Positions 1 to 8,268 of a stretch of 32,000 bases of DNA are shown here, in pieces. Each line of letters opens with the position of its first letter. Position 1 is the stretch's first letter. Origin of the DNA: Candidatus Kuenenia stuttgartensis (GTDB lineage: Bacteria > Planctomycetota > Brocadiia > Brocadiales > Brocadiaceae); contig NZ_LT934425.1 of NCBI RefSeq assembly GCF_900232105.1, positions 780,001-812,000 on the forward strand, read 5' to 3'. The translations under genes and the position numbers were made by a program. The notes below the pieces were generated by a model, which was given only the letters and a program-made list of their open reading frames with translations, did no database searches and was not told where the DNA came from.

Positions 1-876
1 CCTCATTGCGGAGACGACGCTGCCGGAAACCTTTACCCGTTCCAAAACTACGGGTTCCTCTTTCTCCCTTATGTCAATACATATTACCTCCCCTGAATCT
101 GTGCCGACATAAAGATTATCCATAAAAATGTCAAGGGCAAGGGCAGTTATGGCAATCGTCCCTTCCCGCAGTGGCTGTTCCGTCTGATTATGTATAAAAG
201 GGGTAATTCTACGTAACGATTTTTTAATGAGGCGGGTAATATCCTGGCATAAATCCCTCTTTTCCCCTTCTCCAAAAAGAGAGGTCTCTATTATTGAAGA
301 AAGCAGCAACAACCGGCCATCGTCAGTATGTACCGCAGTAACACTTGTTTCTTCATCCTCCCGCGAAACAATGTGTTTCACTGCAAAAGGCAAAGAATCG
401 CCTTCTTCATTCGTATGAATCGCTTTACGCGAAGAAATTACCGGGGATATTATCCGTTTTCCGTTTTCAAACGATTGGGTAAAACCAATGGAAACCGTTA
501 AAATTCTCCCGTCATCCATTCCCATAACATGATGGTCTTTATATTTGTCAACCGATGTGATATGCGCGTTACCAATCCCGGGAAGATCGTGTTTCCTGAT
601 AATACTGCCGTCCCGCAGCGAGACAAATTCTGTTTTGCCATTATTATACACGACATACGCAATCTCCAGATGTTCATCAGCGCCAATACAAACCGCCGCC
701 TTACGAATGGCAAATGTATTTTCTTTTACAACCTTCGCTCCTTTTAAAAGGGGAAGGACTTCCATGAAGATAAAGACAAAGAGGGCAAGTATTACAAATA
801 TGGTGGCTACACCGCTGCATGTGATCATCCAGCGGGCAGTTTTGTCGGTAAGTTTTCTGCTTTTCAGGCTTTTCAT
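1..876 (-). CDS. pstC: Phosphate ABC transporter permease, long-form PstC-like (N-terminal 292 codons; gene continues beyond window start)
   Basis: Absent from the ORF track because it has no stop inside the window. Manual minus-strand translation from ATG 876..874 gives an uninterrupted 292-codon frame ending exactly at position 1. It reads MKSLKSRKLTDKTARWMITCSGVATIFVILALFVFIFMEVLPLLKGAKV... This is a basic N-terminus, one TM helix, then a long non-membrane domain, as in long PstC/PstA permeases. It lies directly downstream of porin-pstS on the same strand. The choice of pstC over pstA rests on gene order only. No clear SD. Confidence 0.6.
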   Translation of the reverse strand, partial: MKSLKSRKLTDKTARWMITCSGVATIFVILALFVFIFMEVLPLLKGAKVVKENTFAIRKAAVCIGADEHLEIAYVVYNNGKTEFVSLRDGSIIRKHDLPGIGNAHITSVDKYKDHHVMGMDDGRILTVSIGFTQSFENGKRIISPVISSRKAIHTNEEGDSLPFAVKHIVSREDEETSVTAVHTDDGRLLLLSSIIETSLFGEGEKRDLCQDITRLIKKSLRRITPFIHNQTEQPLREGTIAITALALDIFMDNLYVGTDSGEVICIDIREKEEPVVLERVKVSGSVVSAMR

Positions 877-898
877 ATGCGAACAAACAGTGCGGTCT

Positions 899-954
899 AA
901 AAGAAAACCACCCCTCTTCCCTAATTTTCAGTTTCTTAGGAATACAAAGGGGTG
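899..954 (-). terminator. Intercistronic stem-loop plus T-tract between pstS and pstC (possible partial terminator/attenuator)
   Basis: On the minus strand, CACCCCT (954..948) pairs with AGGGGTG (915..909). There is an inner imperfect TTCCTAA/TTAGGGAA pairing. GTTTTCTTTT (908..899) follows immediately. The structure sits in the 131-nt gap between the pstS stop (1008) and the pstC ATG (876). Confidence 0.35.
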
Positions 955-1007
955 ATTATTAAAACAATTTGATTGAATGCAGATATTGAGAATCGCAATG
1001 ATGGATG

Positions 1008-1982
1008 CTATTCTATTTTTTTCAGTTCTTTTTCCACAACTGACGACGGCAATGGCATATATCCATCTTTTATCACTATTTGCTGGCCCTCATTGCTCAG
1101 GATAAATCTGACAAATTCTCGAATCAGAGGGTCAAGAGGCTGCCCCGGTTTTTTGTTAATATAGATATAGAGAAATCGTGCAAGGGGATAAGAACCGTTC
1201 AGCACGTTCTCTGATTTTGCCTCTACAAAATGCCTTCCCTCTTTCAACGCAACAGGCACGGTTTTGATACCCGATGTCTGATATCCTATACCGCTATATC
1301 CGATGCTATAACGGTCTTCAGTAATCCCCTGAACCACAGAGGCAGAACCAGGCTGTTCTTTTACCGTATTTTTAAAATCTCCTTTAAAAAGTGCATGTTC
1401 CTTGAAATAACCGTAGGTGCCGGAAGCGGAATTGCGCCCATAAAGACTTATCGGTTTTGACGCCCAATCTGCCGTCAGCCCAAGTTGTCCCCAGGTCTTA
1501 ATATCTTCTTTATATCCGCCTCTTCTGGTACTTGAAAAAATCGCGTCTATCTGCGGCAGGCTCAGGCCTTTTATAGGATTATCCTTGTTTACATATACCG
1601 CCAATGCATCGAGCGCTGTTCTTATTTCTGTTGGTTTGTAACCATACTTTTTTTCAAATGCATCGATTTCCGTTGGTTTCATAGCCCTGCTCATCGGGCC
1701 AATCTGTGCTGTCCCTGAAATCAGCGCAGGAGGCGCTGTTGTAGACCCTTTGCCTTCAATCTGTACCTTCACGTTGGGGTATAACCTATTGAAACCCTCT
1801 GCCCAAAACGTCATGAGGTTATTCATGGTATCAGAACCGATGCTGTTCAGATTTCCCGAGACACCGCCTATCTTTGCATAGGATTTAATCTCCGGTTCAG
1901 CCGTTAATGGTTCTTCGGCATAGGCCGCACCTATTATTCCCCAACTTGCAATAGTTAACAATAACAATAATTTTTTCATCAT
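1008..1982 (-). CDS. pstS: Phosphate ABC transporter substrate-binding protein PstS
   Basis: Track ORF 1008..1991. PstS-family blocks are present: [57 protein letters not shown]. Signal peptide [21 protein letters not shown] moved the start to ATG 1982 (MMKKLL). The SD AAGGAGGAA (1999..1991) abuts the first ATG but lies 9 nt from this one. Confidence 0.9.
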   Translation of the reverse strand: MMKKLLLLLTIASWGIIGAAYAEEPLTAEPEIKSYAKIGGVSGNLNSIGSDTMNNLMTFWAEGFNRLYPNVKVQIEGKGSTTAPPALISGTAQIGPMSRAMKPTEIDAFEKKYGYKPTEIRTALDALAVYVNKDNPIKGLSLPQIDAIFSSTRRGGYKEDIKTWGQLGLTADWASKPISLYGRNSASGTYGYFKEHALFKGDFKNTVKEQPGSASVVQGITEDRYSIGYSGIGYQTSGIKTVPVALKEGRHFVEAKSENVLNGSYPLARFLYIYINKKPGQPLDPLIREFVRFILSNEGQQIVIKDGYMPLPSSVVEKELKKIE

Positions 1983-2060
1983 TATAATCATTCCTCCTTA
2001 AATTATATGAGCGATATATTACTCGAATTTATATTGAAAATCGACTTATTTTTCTCCTTT

Positions 2061-3440
2061 TTAGAACATAATCTGGTATTGTACCCGTACCCTATTCTCC
2101 TCTTTATCCTCTTCTTCCCCCTCTGTTACAAGATGCCCGAAGTCCGCCTGAATTTTTGAGCGATGGCCGCGAAAGTAATAATTGACTCCAAAAGTATACT
2201 CTCGTTGAATATCATTTGAAATATCGTCATCGGGGTCTATCACGGAGTAACGTCCGGCAAGTTCCAGTTTTTTAGGTAATACAAAGTAACCAAGTTGCGT
2301 ATGAAAGCCTTCTGATTCCAGGGATTCCCCGCCTGATTCAGGATCTCTTGACATAAGATAATATTCATTATTCCAGGAAATCCCTTTATATACTAATCCG
2401 CAATCAACTACACCCGTAATGTTGTCATAATCTTCCTCTTTAACATCTTTTCGTTTACCATTAAAGGCAACGGATGCGCCAATGGTTGCTTTTAATGTAT
2501 CGGAATAAGCCAAATCGGTTTCATCATAATAGTTATACTTTCCAAACGGATTATACCGGGCGTTCAGAACAAACATAAGTTCATTGTCAAAATTTTCCTT
2601 GCCCTGAAACCAGTCCGCCTGATCCTCTCCCGCCCCCTGAAACACCGCTGCGTGATATTCCATATATCCGTCAAAGGGTTTTCCATACAAATCTACACCG
2701 TAATCACGGTCCTGGTCAAAGAACTCGCTGGCAATAGACCTTTCCTGAAGCAAAAGTGTTGCAGAGGATGCTAGCCGCTGCCTGTTAAACGGCACCTTAA
2801 AGTAACCAATTTTAGTGTTTAATTCTTCCAAGGGCGTCCAGTATACGTAAAAATCCCTCACCCCTACGTCGAATTTATCCCCGTCTATTTCCACATAATA
2901 ATGCAGGTCTTTGCTGTAGATATTACCACCAAAATTAAGCCTTGCACGACGGACGTCGATATTTTGTGTATCCGACTCGCCAAAATCATCGTCCTTGTCT
3001 TTATATTCATATTGCATCTGCAATCGTCCGCCAATGTTAAGGGAATAATTGCCATCGGTCGTTCTGATACTTAAGGCTGATTTTTTATCGTCCGGCGTAT
3101 ACTCAACGATCATATCGGGCATGCCAACTCCCAAAATTTCTTTGGCCTCATCTGTGGAAAAATAGTCCTGCACTGCCTGCTTTGTCTCTTCTTTCACGAC
3201 AACCTTGGTTTCCGTGCTGATTATCTCTATACGATTTTTTAAAACATCCATCTGTTCCTGTTGCCGTGCAAATGCCTCTTCCATCAGTTTTAATTGCTGC
3301 TTTAATTCTTCTACCTCACTTCTGGCATCGGTACTGGATTCTCCCTGTGCAAACACTATCGGAGATACACCGCCCATGCATAACACACAAAAAACAAAGA
3401 AATTTGGTAGCATAAAATTACGCCATTTACGGCCGATCAT
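2061..3440 (-). CDS. Phosphate-selective porin O/P family outer-membrane protein with N-terminal coiled coil
   Basis: 459-aa ORF with AAGGAG (3455..3450) 9 nt upstream of the ATG. It has a signal peptide and a coiled-coil segment (EVEELKQQLKLMEEAFARQQEQMDVLKNRIE). A beta-strand-rich body follows, including VRRARLNFGGN and a C-terminal ...RVQYQIMF ending in an aromatic residue. This fits the OprO/OprP-type family. It is the first gene of the porin-pstS-pstC row. Confidence 0.8.
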   Translation of the reverse strand: MIGRKWRNFMLPNFFVFCVLCMGGVSPIVFAQGESSTDARSEVEELKQQLKLMEEAFARQQEQMDVLKNRIEIISTETKVVVKEETKQAVQDYFSTDEAKEILGVGMPDMIVEYTPDDKKSALSIRTTDGNYSLNIGGRLQMQYEYKDKDDDFGESDTQNIDVRRARLNFGGNIYSKDLHYYVEIDGDKFDVGVRDFYVYWTPLEELNTKIGYFKVPFNRQRLASSATLLLQERSIASEFFDQDRDYGVDLYGKPFDGYMEYHAAVFQGAGEDQADWFQGKENFDNELMFVLNARYNPFGKYNYYDETDLAYSDTLKATIGASVAFNGKRKDVKEEDYDNITGVVDCGLVYKGISWNNEYYLMSRDPESGGESLESEGFHTQLGYFVLPKKLELAGRYSVIDPDDDISNDIQREYTFGVNYYFRGHRSKIQADFGHLVTEGEEEDKEENRVRVQYQIMF

Positions 3441-3593
3441 TTAAAATTTCTCCTTTTAAAAACAACACATATAAAATAAAAAAATACAAACTCTTTTCGG
3501 TTTCTCTATAGCACAATCATGCCTGCAACACGTCTTCTGTTATGTCTTTTTGTATTGTTACGATAGGCAACAGACTATAATGAAAACGCAAGG

Positions 3594-3647
3594 ATTATAA
3601 ATTACAAATATTAAGGCCATATAAAGAAATTATTAAGATTTTGTTAA
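3594..3647 (-). promoter_or_regulatory. Candidate Pho-box: four hexamers at exact 11-bp phasing, followed by a TATAAT -10
   Basis: The minus strand reads TTAACA-aaatc-TTAATA-atttc-TTTATA-tggcc-TTAATA-tttgtaatt-TATAAT. The hexamers start at 3647, 3636, 3625 and 3614, and the -10 is at 3599..3594. The direct-repeat, 11-bp-period layout and the ~10-bp distance to the -10 match the known architecture of PhoB/PhoP (OmpR-family) sites. It lies ~155-205 nt upstream of the porin start. Confidence 0.4.
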
Positions 3648-3738
3648 GATTTTCCATGTATCAGAATTGCCAGAAAAGCGGGATTAACGCGACGGCCGTA
3701 ATCCAGAGCATCAGGTTAAAGGAAAAATATTTAATGGT

Positions 3739-3859
3739 GAAATACGAAACGCGAAACAAATTCTAATTTTCAATTTTCAAATGTTCAAAACCAGGTTTTT
3801 TATTGGGATTTTGTATTTTTGAATTTGTATCGTATTTCGTACTTCGAATTTCGTATTTT
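3739..3859. repeat. AT-rich imperfect palindromic element (AAATACGAAA motif in inverted copies)
   Basis: Left arm gaaatacgaaacgcgaaacaaattc (3739..3763). Right arm gaatttgtatcgtatttcgtacttcgaatttcgtatttt (3821..3859). The interior is also roughly symmetric around ccagg (~3791). It shares the caaattc/aaattcaaaattc motif with 11912..11927 and 23074..23089. Confidence 0.5.
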
Positions 3860-3922
3860 TTCATCTTGCTTGTTTGGTTCTGGCTGCTATGCCACCTTGG
3901 GTGTAACAAGGTCAGGCAATGC

Positions 3923-3951
3923 TTGACATGACAATGAGAAAAGAATATATT
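3923..3951 (+). promoter_or_regulatory. Near-consensus sigma70-type promoter for nifU-nifS
   Basis: TTGACA (3923..3928), a 17-nt spacer, then TATATT (3946..3951). It lies ~70 nt upstream of the nifU GTG. A short inverted repeat ATACA-N8-TGTAT (~3955..3972) follows the -10. Confidence 0.5.
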
Positions 3952-4022
3952 CGAATACATGCATTAGTGTATATTGGCAGTGAAAATCTGTTTCTTATCA
4001 GTTGTAAAGAAAGGAATAAAAG

Positions 4023-4877
4023 GTGTGGGACTATTCTGAAAAGGTAAAAGACCATTTTTTGCATCCGAGAAATGTTGGCGATATCGAAAATCCGGATGCT
4101 GTGGGAGAAGTAGGCAGTTTAGCCTGCGGTGATGCGCTTAAACTGATGCTGAAAATAGATGCCGGGGGCGTTATATCGGATGTAAAATTTAAGACCTTCG
4201 GCTGCGGGAGCGCCATTGCCTCGGCAAGCGCCCTGACAGAGATGATAAAAGGGAAAACAATCGCTGAAGCAGAGAAGGTCGCTGATAGTGATATTGCAGA
4301 GTATCTTGACGGTTTGCCTGAACAAAAAATGCATTGTTCTGTTATGGGACGTGAGGCGCTGGAAGCTGCTATTGCGAATTATCGCGGGATAAAGCTGGAG
4401 AAAGCTGTTGATGAGGGAACAATTGTGTGTAAATGCTTTGGGGTAACCGACAATAAGATCGCTCATGAAGTCAGGGAGCATAAGCTGACGACTATTGACC
4501 AGGTAACAAACTATTGCAAAGCGGGAGGAGGCTGCCAGTCGTGTCATCCTCAAATCCAGGCTATTATCGATGAAATCTGGCACAAGGAAAAAGAGAAAGA
4601 AATTATTAAAAAGGTACAGAAACCCGTTAAAAAATTAACGAATATTCAAAAAATGAAGCTTGTGCAGGAGACGATAGAAAGGGAGATTCGCCCTGCCCTG
4701 CTGGCGGATGGAGGTGATATTGAATTGATTGATATCGACGGCGACCGGGTAATGGTTTCTTTCCGGGGAAGTTGTTCCGCATGCCCGAGTTCGGGAGTAA
4801 CCTTAAAATCGACGGTAGAGGCTAAATTAAGAGAATTCGTCACCGATACGCTCATTGTGGAGGAGGTAATATCATGA
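4023..4877 (+). CDS. nifU: Fe-S cluster assembly scaffold NifU (three-domain form)
   Basis: The GTG start yields MWDYSEKVKDHF..., the canonical NifU N-terminus. IscU-like module: GSLACGD, FKTFGCGSAIASASAL, MHCSV. Central Cys-rich [2Fe-2S]-type module: CKCF ... GGGCQSCHP. C-terminal Nfu module: GGDIELIDIDG ... GSCSACPSS. SD GAAAGGAA lies ~8 nt upstream. Confidence 0.92.
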   Translation: MWDYSEKVKDHFLHPRNVGDIENPDAVGEVGSLACGDALKLMLKIDAGGVISDVKFKTFGCGSAIASASALTEMIKGKTIAEAEKVADSDIAEYLDGLPEQKMHCSVMGREALEAAIANYRGIKLEKAVDEGTIVCKCFGVTDNKIAHEVREHKLTTIDQVTNYCKAGGGCQSCHPQIQAIIDEIWHKEKEKEIIKKVQKPVKKLTNIQKMKLVQETIEREIRPALLADGGDIELIDIDGDRVMVSFRGSCSACPSSGVTLKSTVEAKLREFVTDTLIVEEVIS

Positions 4878-6067
4878 AGGTTGTTTATGCGGATAACAAT
4901 GCGACTACAAAGGTTGCTCCTGAGGTTTTGGAAGAAATGCTGCCTTTTTTTTCTGAATATTACGGCAATCCTTCCAGCATGCATATTTTTGGCGGTCAGG
5001 TTGCAAAGAAAATAGACAAGGCAAGGCAGCAGGTTGCGGACCTCATTGGCGCCGGGCCGGAAGAGATATTATTTACCAGTTGCGGCACGGAGAGTGATAA
5101 TACTGCGATATTGGGCATCCTCCGGGCGAATCCGGGTAAAAAGCATATTGTGACGTCACGGGTCGAGCACCCTGCGGTTTATAACTTGTGTACATATCTC
5201 ACCCAACATGGGTATCATGTCACAGAATTGGGGGTAGATAGAAATGGAATGCTCAATGTGGATGAATTGTCTGAAGCGGTGAGAGAAGATACGGCAATTG
5301 TGTCTATTATGCATGCAAACAATGAAACCGGCGTCATTTTCCCTATTGAGGAAGTTGCCGGCATTGTAAAACAAAAGGGGTCTTTTTTGCATACCGACGC
5401 GGTGCAGGCAGTAGGTAAAATACCGATAAATCTCGCTGATAGTGCAATTGATTTATTGACGCTTTCAGGGCATAAATTACATGCACCAAAAGGGGTTGGT
5501 GCCTTGTACATAAGGAAAGGCACATCCATCGCACCCTTTATTATCGGAGGGCATCAGGAGAAAAACCGCAGAGGAGGTACGGAGAATGTGCCTTCTATTA
5601 TTGGACTTGGCAAGGCATGTGAACTGGCAAAAAAATTTATGCAGGAGGAACAGACAAGGGTAAAACAATTGTGCGACAGATTAGAGAGTGAAATTGTGGC
5701 AAAGGCCCCTGATGCGATAATAAACGGTTATAAATCTCCCAGGTTACCCAATACTACAAATATAAGTTTTGAATATGTTGAAGGCGAAGCTATTTTGTTG
5801 CTGCTTAATGAGAAGGGAATTTGTGCTTCTTCCGGTTCCGCCTGTACTTCTGGTTCACTGGAACCTTCGCATGTATTAAGGGCAATGGGCATTCCTTTTA
5901 CCGCAGTACACGGTTCCATCCGGTTGAGCCTGAGCAGATATACGACAACAGACGATGTAGAATATATAATTGAACACCTTCCACCCGTTGTGAGGAGACT
6001 CAGGGAAATATCACCATACAACAGGGATTCTAAATTTCAGGGACACGTTTCTGCGGGTTATTGCTAG
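4874..6067 (+). CDS. nifS: Cysteine desulfurase NifS
   Basis: ATGA overlap with the nifU stop. Class-I desulfurase. PLP-lysine context SGHKLHAPKGVG and active-site loop SSGSACTSG are present. 397 aa. Confidence 0.92.
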   Translation: MKVVYADNNATTKVAPEVLEEMLPFFSEYYGNPSSMHIFGGQVAKKIDKARQQVADLIGAGPEEILFTSCGTESDNTAILGILRANPGKKHIVTSRVEHPAVYNLCTYLTQHGYHVTELGVDRNGMLNVDELSEAVREDTAIVSIMHANNETGVIFPIEEVAGIVKQKGSFLHTDAVQAVGKIPINLADSAIDLLTLSGHKLHAPKGVGALYIRKGTSIAPFIIGGHQEKNRRGGTENVPSIIGLGKACELAKKFMQEEQTRVKQLCDRLESEIVAKAPDAIINGYKSPRLPNTTNISFEYVEGEAILLLLNEKGICASSGSACTSGSLEPSHVLRAMGIPFTAVHGSIRLSLSRYTTTDDVEYIIEHLPPVVRRLREISPYNRDSKFQGHVSAGYC

Positions 6068-6094
6068 CGTAATCTATTAGACTACCGAGCGCGA

Positions 6095-6218
6095 CTCGTT
6101 CCCAAACCTTGTGCTGAACATAGTGAAGTATCTGTTTGGGAACGTAATGGTGCTGGAAACTATGTGCGCGCAACCGAACGGTTGCAAACATGAACCCGCC
6201 TGGCCCGGGAACGAGATC
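6095..6218. repeat. Nested inverted-repeat element (GTTCCCAAAC / GTTTGGGAAC family)
   Basis: 11-bp perfect stem: cgttcccaaac (6097..6107) with gtttgggaacg (6134..6144). Second hairpin: gcaacc-gaac-ggttgc (6170..6185). Outer pairing: ctcgttccc (6095..6103) with gggaacgag (6207..6215). The 12-mer gggaacgagatc (6207..6218) recurs as its exact reverse complement at 23030..23041. Confidence 0.6.
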
Positions 6219-6238
6219 TAAAAAACCAAAGTGTTAAC

Positions 6239-6280
6239 AAAAATGGCAATCGTAACGATTGCCATTTTTGTTTTGTTTTT
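6239..6280. terminator. Bidirectional intrinsic terminator between convergent nifS and htrA
   Basis: AAAAATGGCAATCG-TAA-CGATTGCCATTTTT. The GC-containing stem is 6244..6252 with 6256..6264. An A-run precedes it and TTTTTGTTTTGTTTTT follows it, so a U-tract is provided on both strands. It lies 18 nt beyond the htrA stop. Confidence 0.75.
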
Positions 6281-6298
6281 GTACTGGGAGAAGTTTTC

Positions 6299-7837
6299 TT
6301 ACTCTTTATCTGATTTTACAATAATATATTGAGCGTATTCGCCGCGTTTCACAAGCAACAAAATGCCCTTTTTCTTGTCACCCTTCTGCACGGCGCTGTT
6401 AAATTCTTCCACGGTAGTTATTTTTTTACGGTTAACTTCCCTGATAATGTCTCCTTCTCTTATGCCTACCATTGCGGCAGGGCCTCCGGGCTGTACCGCG
6501 GAGACGATAATGCCTGTTTCATTTTCCAACCCCAGATTTTTTGCAATTTCACTTGTAATATTTTGCACCGTCATACCAAGTTCTTTTTCCGGCAATGTCC
6601 CGGCCGGCGCTGAAGCAAACAAATCGGAAGGTTGTTCGCCTATTTTTACTGTTAGTGTTTTTTCATTCCCTTCTCTCAGGACGGTTATCTTCACTTTTTT
6701 GCCTGCTTCCGTTTGCGCAACCGTATTGCGCAGGTGATTAACATCCCGTATTGGCTTGTCGTTAAACTTGATTATAATATCACCACGTTCAAGACCTGCT
6801 TCTTTTGCCGGGGAATTTTCCTGCACATCGCTGATGATAACGCCTTCTGCGATGGCTACCTCAAATGATTTTGCCAGATCCGGGCTGATATCCTGTATCG
6901 CAACACCGAGCCAACCACGCGTGACCTTCCCTTTCTCAATGAGGTCTTTCATGACGATTTTTACCATATTAACGGGTATGGCAAACCCAATACCCTGATA
7001 ACCGCCGCTTCTGGTAAAAATTGCGGTGTTTATGCCAATCACTTCCCCGCTTAAATTGACCAGCGGCCCTCCGCTATTACCGGGGTTTATCGCTGCATCT
7101 GTCTGGATCATATCTTCGTACTGCGCAACACCAACATTAGCCCTTCCCATGGCGCTAATAACGCCCACGGAAACGGTCTGTGATAAACCAAAGGGATTTC
7201 CTATTGCAATAGCCCACTGCCCTACTTTAATGGAATCCGAATTCCCTAGCTTTGCAAAAGGCAAATCCTTTCCTTCGATCTTTACAATTGCTATATCCGT
7301 TTGCGGATCGGTGCCAACGATTGTGCCTTTAAATTCACGCCTATCTCCGAGGGCAACCGTTAGTTCGTCAGCATTTTCAACAACATGGTTATTGGTGACG
7401 ATATACCCGTTTTCGCTGTCAACAATTACACCGGAACCTAGTCCCTGAACCTTGAAATCTTCTTCAGGATACCGGGGTTTTAAGTACTTGTCAAAAAAGT
7501 CATCTCCAAAAAAATCCCAAAAATCGCGAAATTGCTCCTGTTCCTGTCTCGGTTGAGGTTGGGGATGGTTACGGTCTCTCGGCATTTCACGCTGACGTTC
7601 TCTTTTGTGTTTAAAGCTTTTTACTGAAGTTATTGACACAACTGCAGGCTTTACCTGTTCCACCACTTGTGCGAAAATCTTCTCAAAGCTTTGTGCGGCT
7701 TCAACTACCGAAGTGTCGCTATTTGTCTTATTTGAAGCGAAGATGATTGATTTTTGGGGCAAACATAAATTTATGCCTGCAAATATCCCCAGAATGCATA
7801 GTATGCGTATACAGTTGCTTCGTGCTTTGTTCAACAT
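6299..7837 (-). CDS. htrA: Periplasmic serine endoprotease, HtrA/DegP/DegQ (Do) family, two PDZ domains
   Basis: 512 aa with an N-terminal signal/anchor. Trypsin-like core with TNNHVV (His) and GNSGGPLVN (Ser). Two C-terminal PDZ-like regions. SD AAGGGAG lies 7 nt upstream of the ATG. Confidence 0.92.
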   Translation of the reverse strand: MLNKARSNCIRILCILGIFAGINLCLPQKSIIFASNKTNSDTSVVEAAQSFEKIFAQVVEQVKPAVVSITSVKSFKHKRERQREMPRDRNHPQPQPRQEQEQFRDFWDFFGDDFFDKYLKPRYPEEDFKVQGLGSGVIVDSENGYIVTNNHVVENADELTVALGDRREFKGTIVGTDPQTDIAIVKIEGKDLPFAKLGNSDSIKVGQWAIAIGNPFGLSQTVSVGVISAMGRANVGVAQYEDMIQTDAAINPGNSGGPLVNLSGEVIGINTAIFTRSGGYQGIGFAIPVNMVKIVMKDLIEKGKVTRGWLGVAIQDISPDLAKSFEVAIAEGVIISDVQENSPAKEAGLERGDIIIKFNDKPIRDVNHLRNTVAQTEAGKKVKITVLREGNEKTLTVKIGEQPSDLFASAPAGTLPEKELGMTVQNITSEIAKNLGLENETGIIVSAVQPGGPAAMVGIREGDIIREVNRKKITTVEEFNSAVQKGDKKKGILLLVKRGEYAQYIIVKSDKE

Positions 7838-7887
7838 TTATATGCTCCCTTTTTTTAAATGACTAACGTATAAAATACTGAGCTTCA

Positions 7888-7916
7888 ATTCTATTTTAGG
7901 CAGTGTTTTTTGTCAA
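7888..7916 (-). promoter_or_regulatory. Near-consensus sigma70-type promoter for htrA
   Basis: Minus strand: TTGACA (7916..7911), a 17-nt spacer, then TAGAAT (7893..7888). It lies ~45 nt upstream of the htrA ATG. Confidence 0.5.
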
Positions 7917-7970
7917 TATAATTCAAAATACCTTGCAGGGCAAAAAGATGCGGACAGCCTTCCTAATTTC

Positions 7971-7999
7971 TTGCATTATTCTGTTTTCGCTGATATTAT
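7971..7999 (+). promoter_or_regulatory. Possible promoter for the PLD-fold gene (long 5' UTR)
   Basis: TTGCAT (7971..7976), a 17-nt spacer, then TATTAT (7994..7999). It would give a ~265-nt leader. The region is AT-rich, so a chance match is plausible. Confidence 0.3.
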
Positions 8000-8268
8000 C
8001 TAAACAGTCATAATTTTCCATTCCGATAACATGCGCCGATATTATTCTCAATTATTTACAAACATCATCTCGCTACTATTGTTACCATCAATTTTTAAAG
8101 CAGCGCGTATGGCTTTTTTATGTAAGCACAGGTCGCCTCGTTCTTTCCGGGGAAATCTGAATAATCAATCCTTTCGGGTGTTTTATTTTAAAACTACCGG
8201 ATACGCTGAATTCAACAATAAACAATGTGCATTTGTTCCTTAATAAAAAATTAAGAAAGGGTGTGGGT

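Noticed and set aside
227-955. Track ORFs 227..418(+), 498..713(-), 529..747(+), 545..955(+, 136 aa), 701..886(-)
   Set aside because: All lie inside or antisense to the uninterrupted 292-codon minus-strand pstC frame (1..876) or its upstream spacer. Their sequences are low-complexity or shadow-like with no recognisable motifs.
3763-3960. 65-aa minus-strand ORF in the porin/nifU spacer
   Set aside because: It is generated by the AT-rich palindromic repeat (peptide ...KKYEIRSTKYDTNSKIQNPNKKPG...). It also overlaps the nifU promoter. It is repeat-derived, not coding.
3975-3990. TGGCAG-N5-ATCTG resembling a sigma54 -24/-12 promoter upstream of nifU
   Set aside because: The -12 element lacks the conserved GC (TTGC). 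A near-consensus sigma70 promoter sits 30 nt upstream and explains expression.
4031-6021. Antisense/alternate-frame ORFs within nifU and nifS (e.g. 4119..4583, 154 aa; 4646..4984; 5215..5529)
   Set aside because: They are fully embedded in two genes with unambiguous family motifs. The peptides are Ser/Leu/Arg/Ile-rich shadow translations.
6329-7862. Plus-strand ORFs antisense to htrA (6363..6737, 7026..7448, 7605..7862, etc.)
   Set aside because: They are antisense shadows of a well-supported protease gene, with no motifs and no SD.
8031-8243. 70-aa plus-strand ORF in the htrA/PLD spacer
   Set aside because: No SD and odd composition. It ends inside the region that provides the SD and start of the PLD-fold gene. 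It is more likely untranslated leader.
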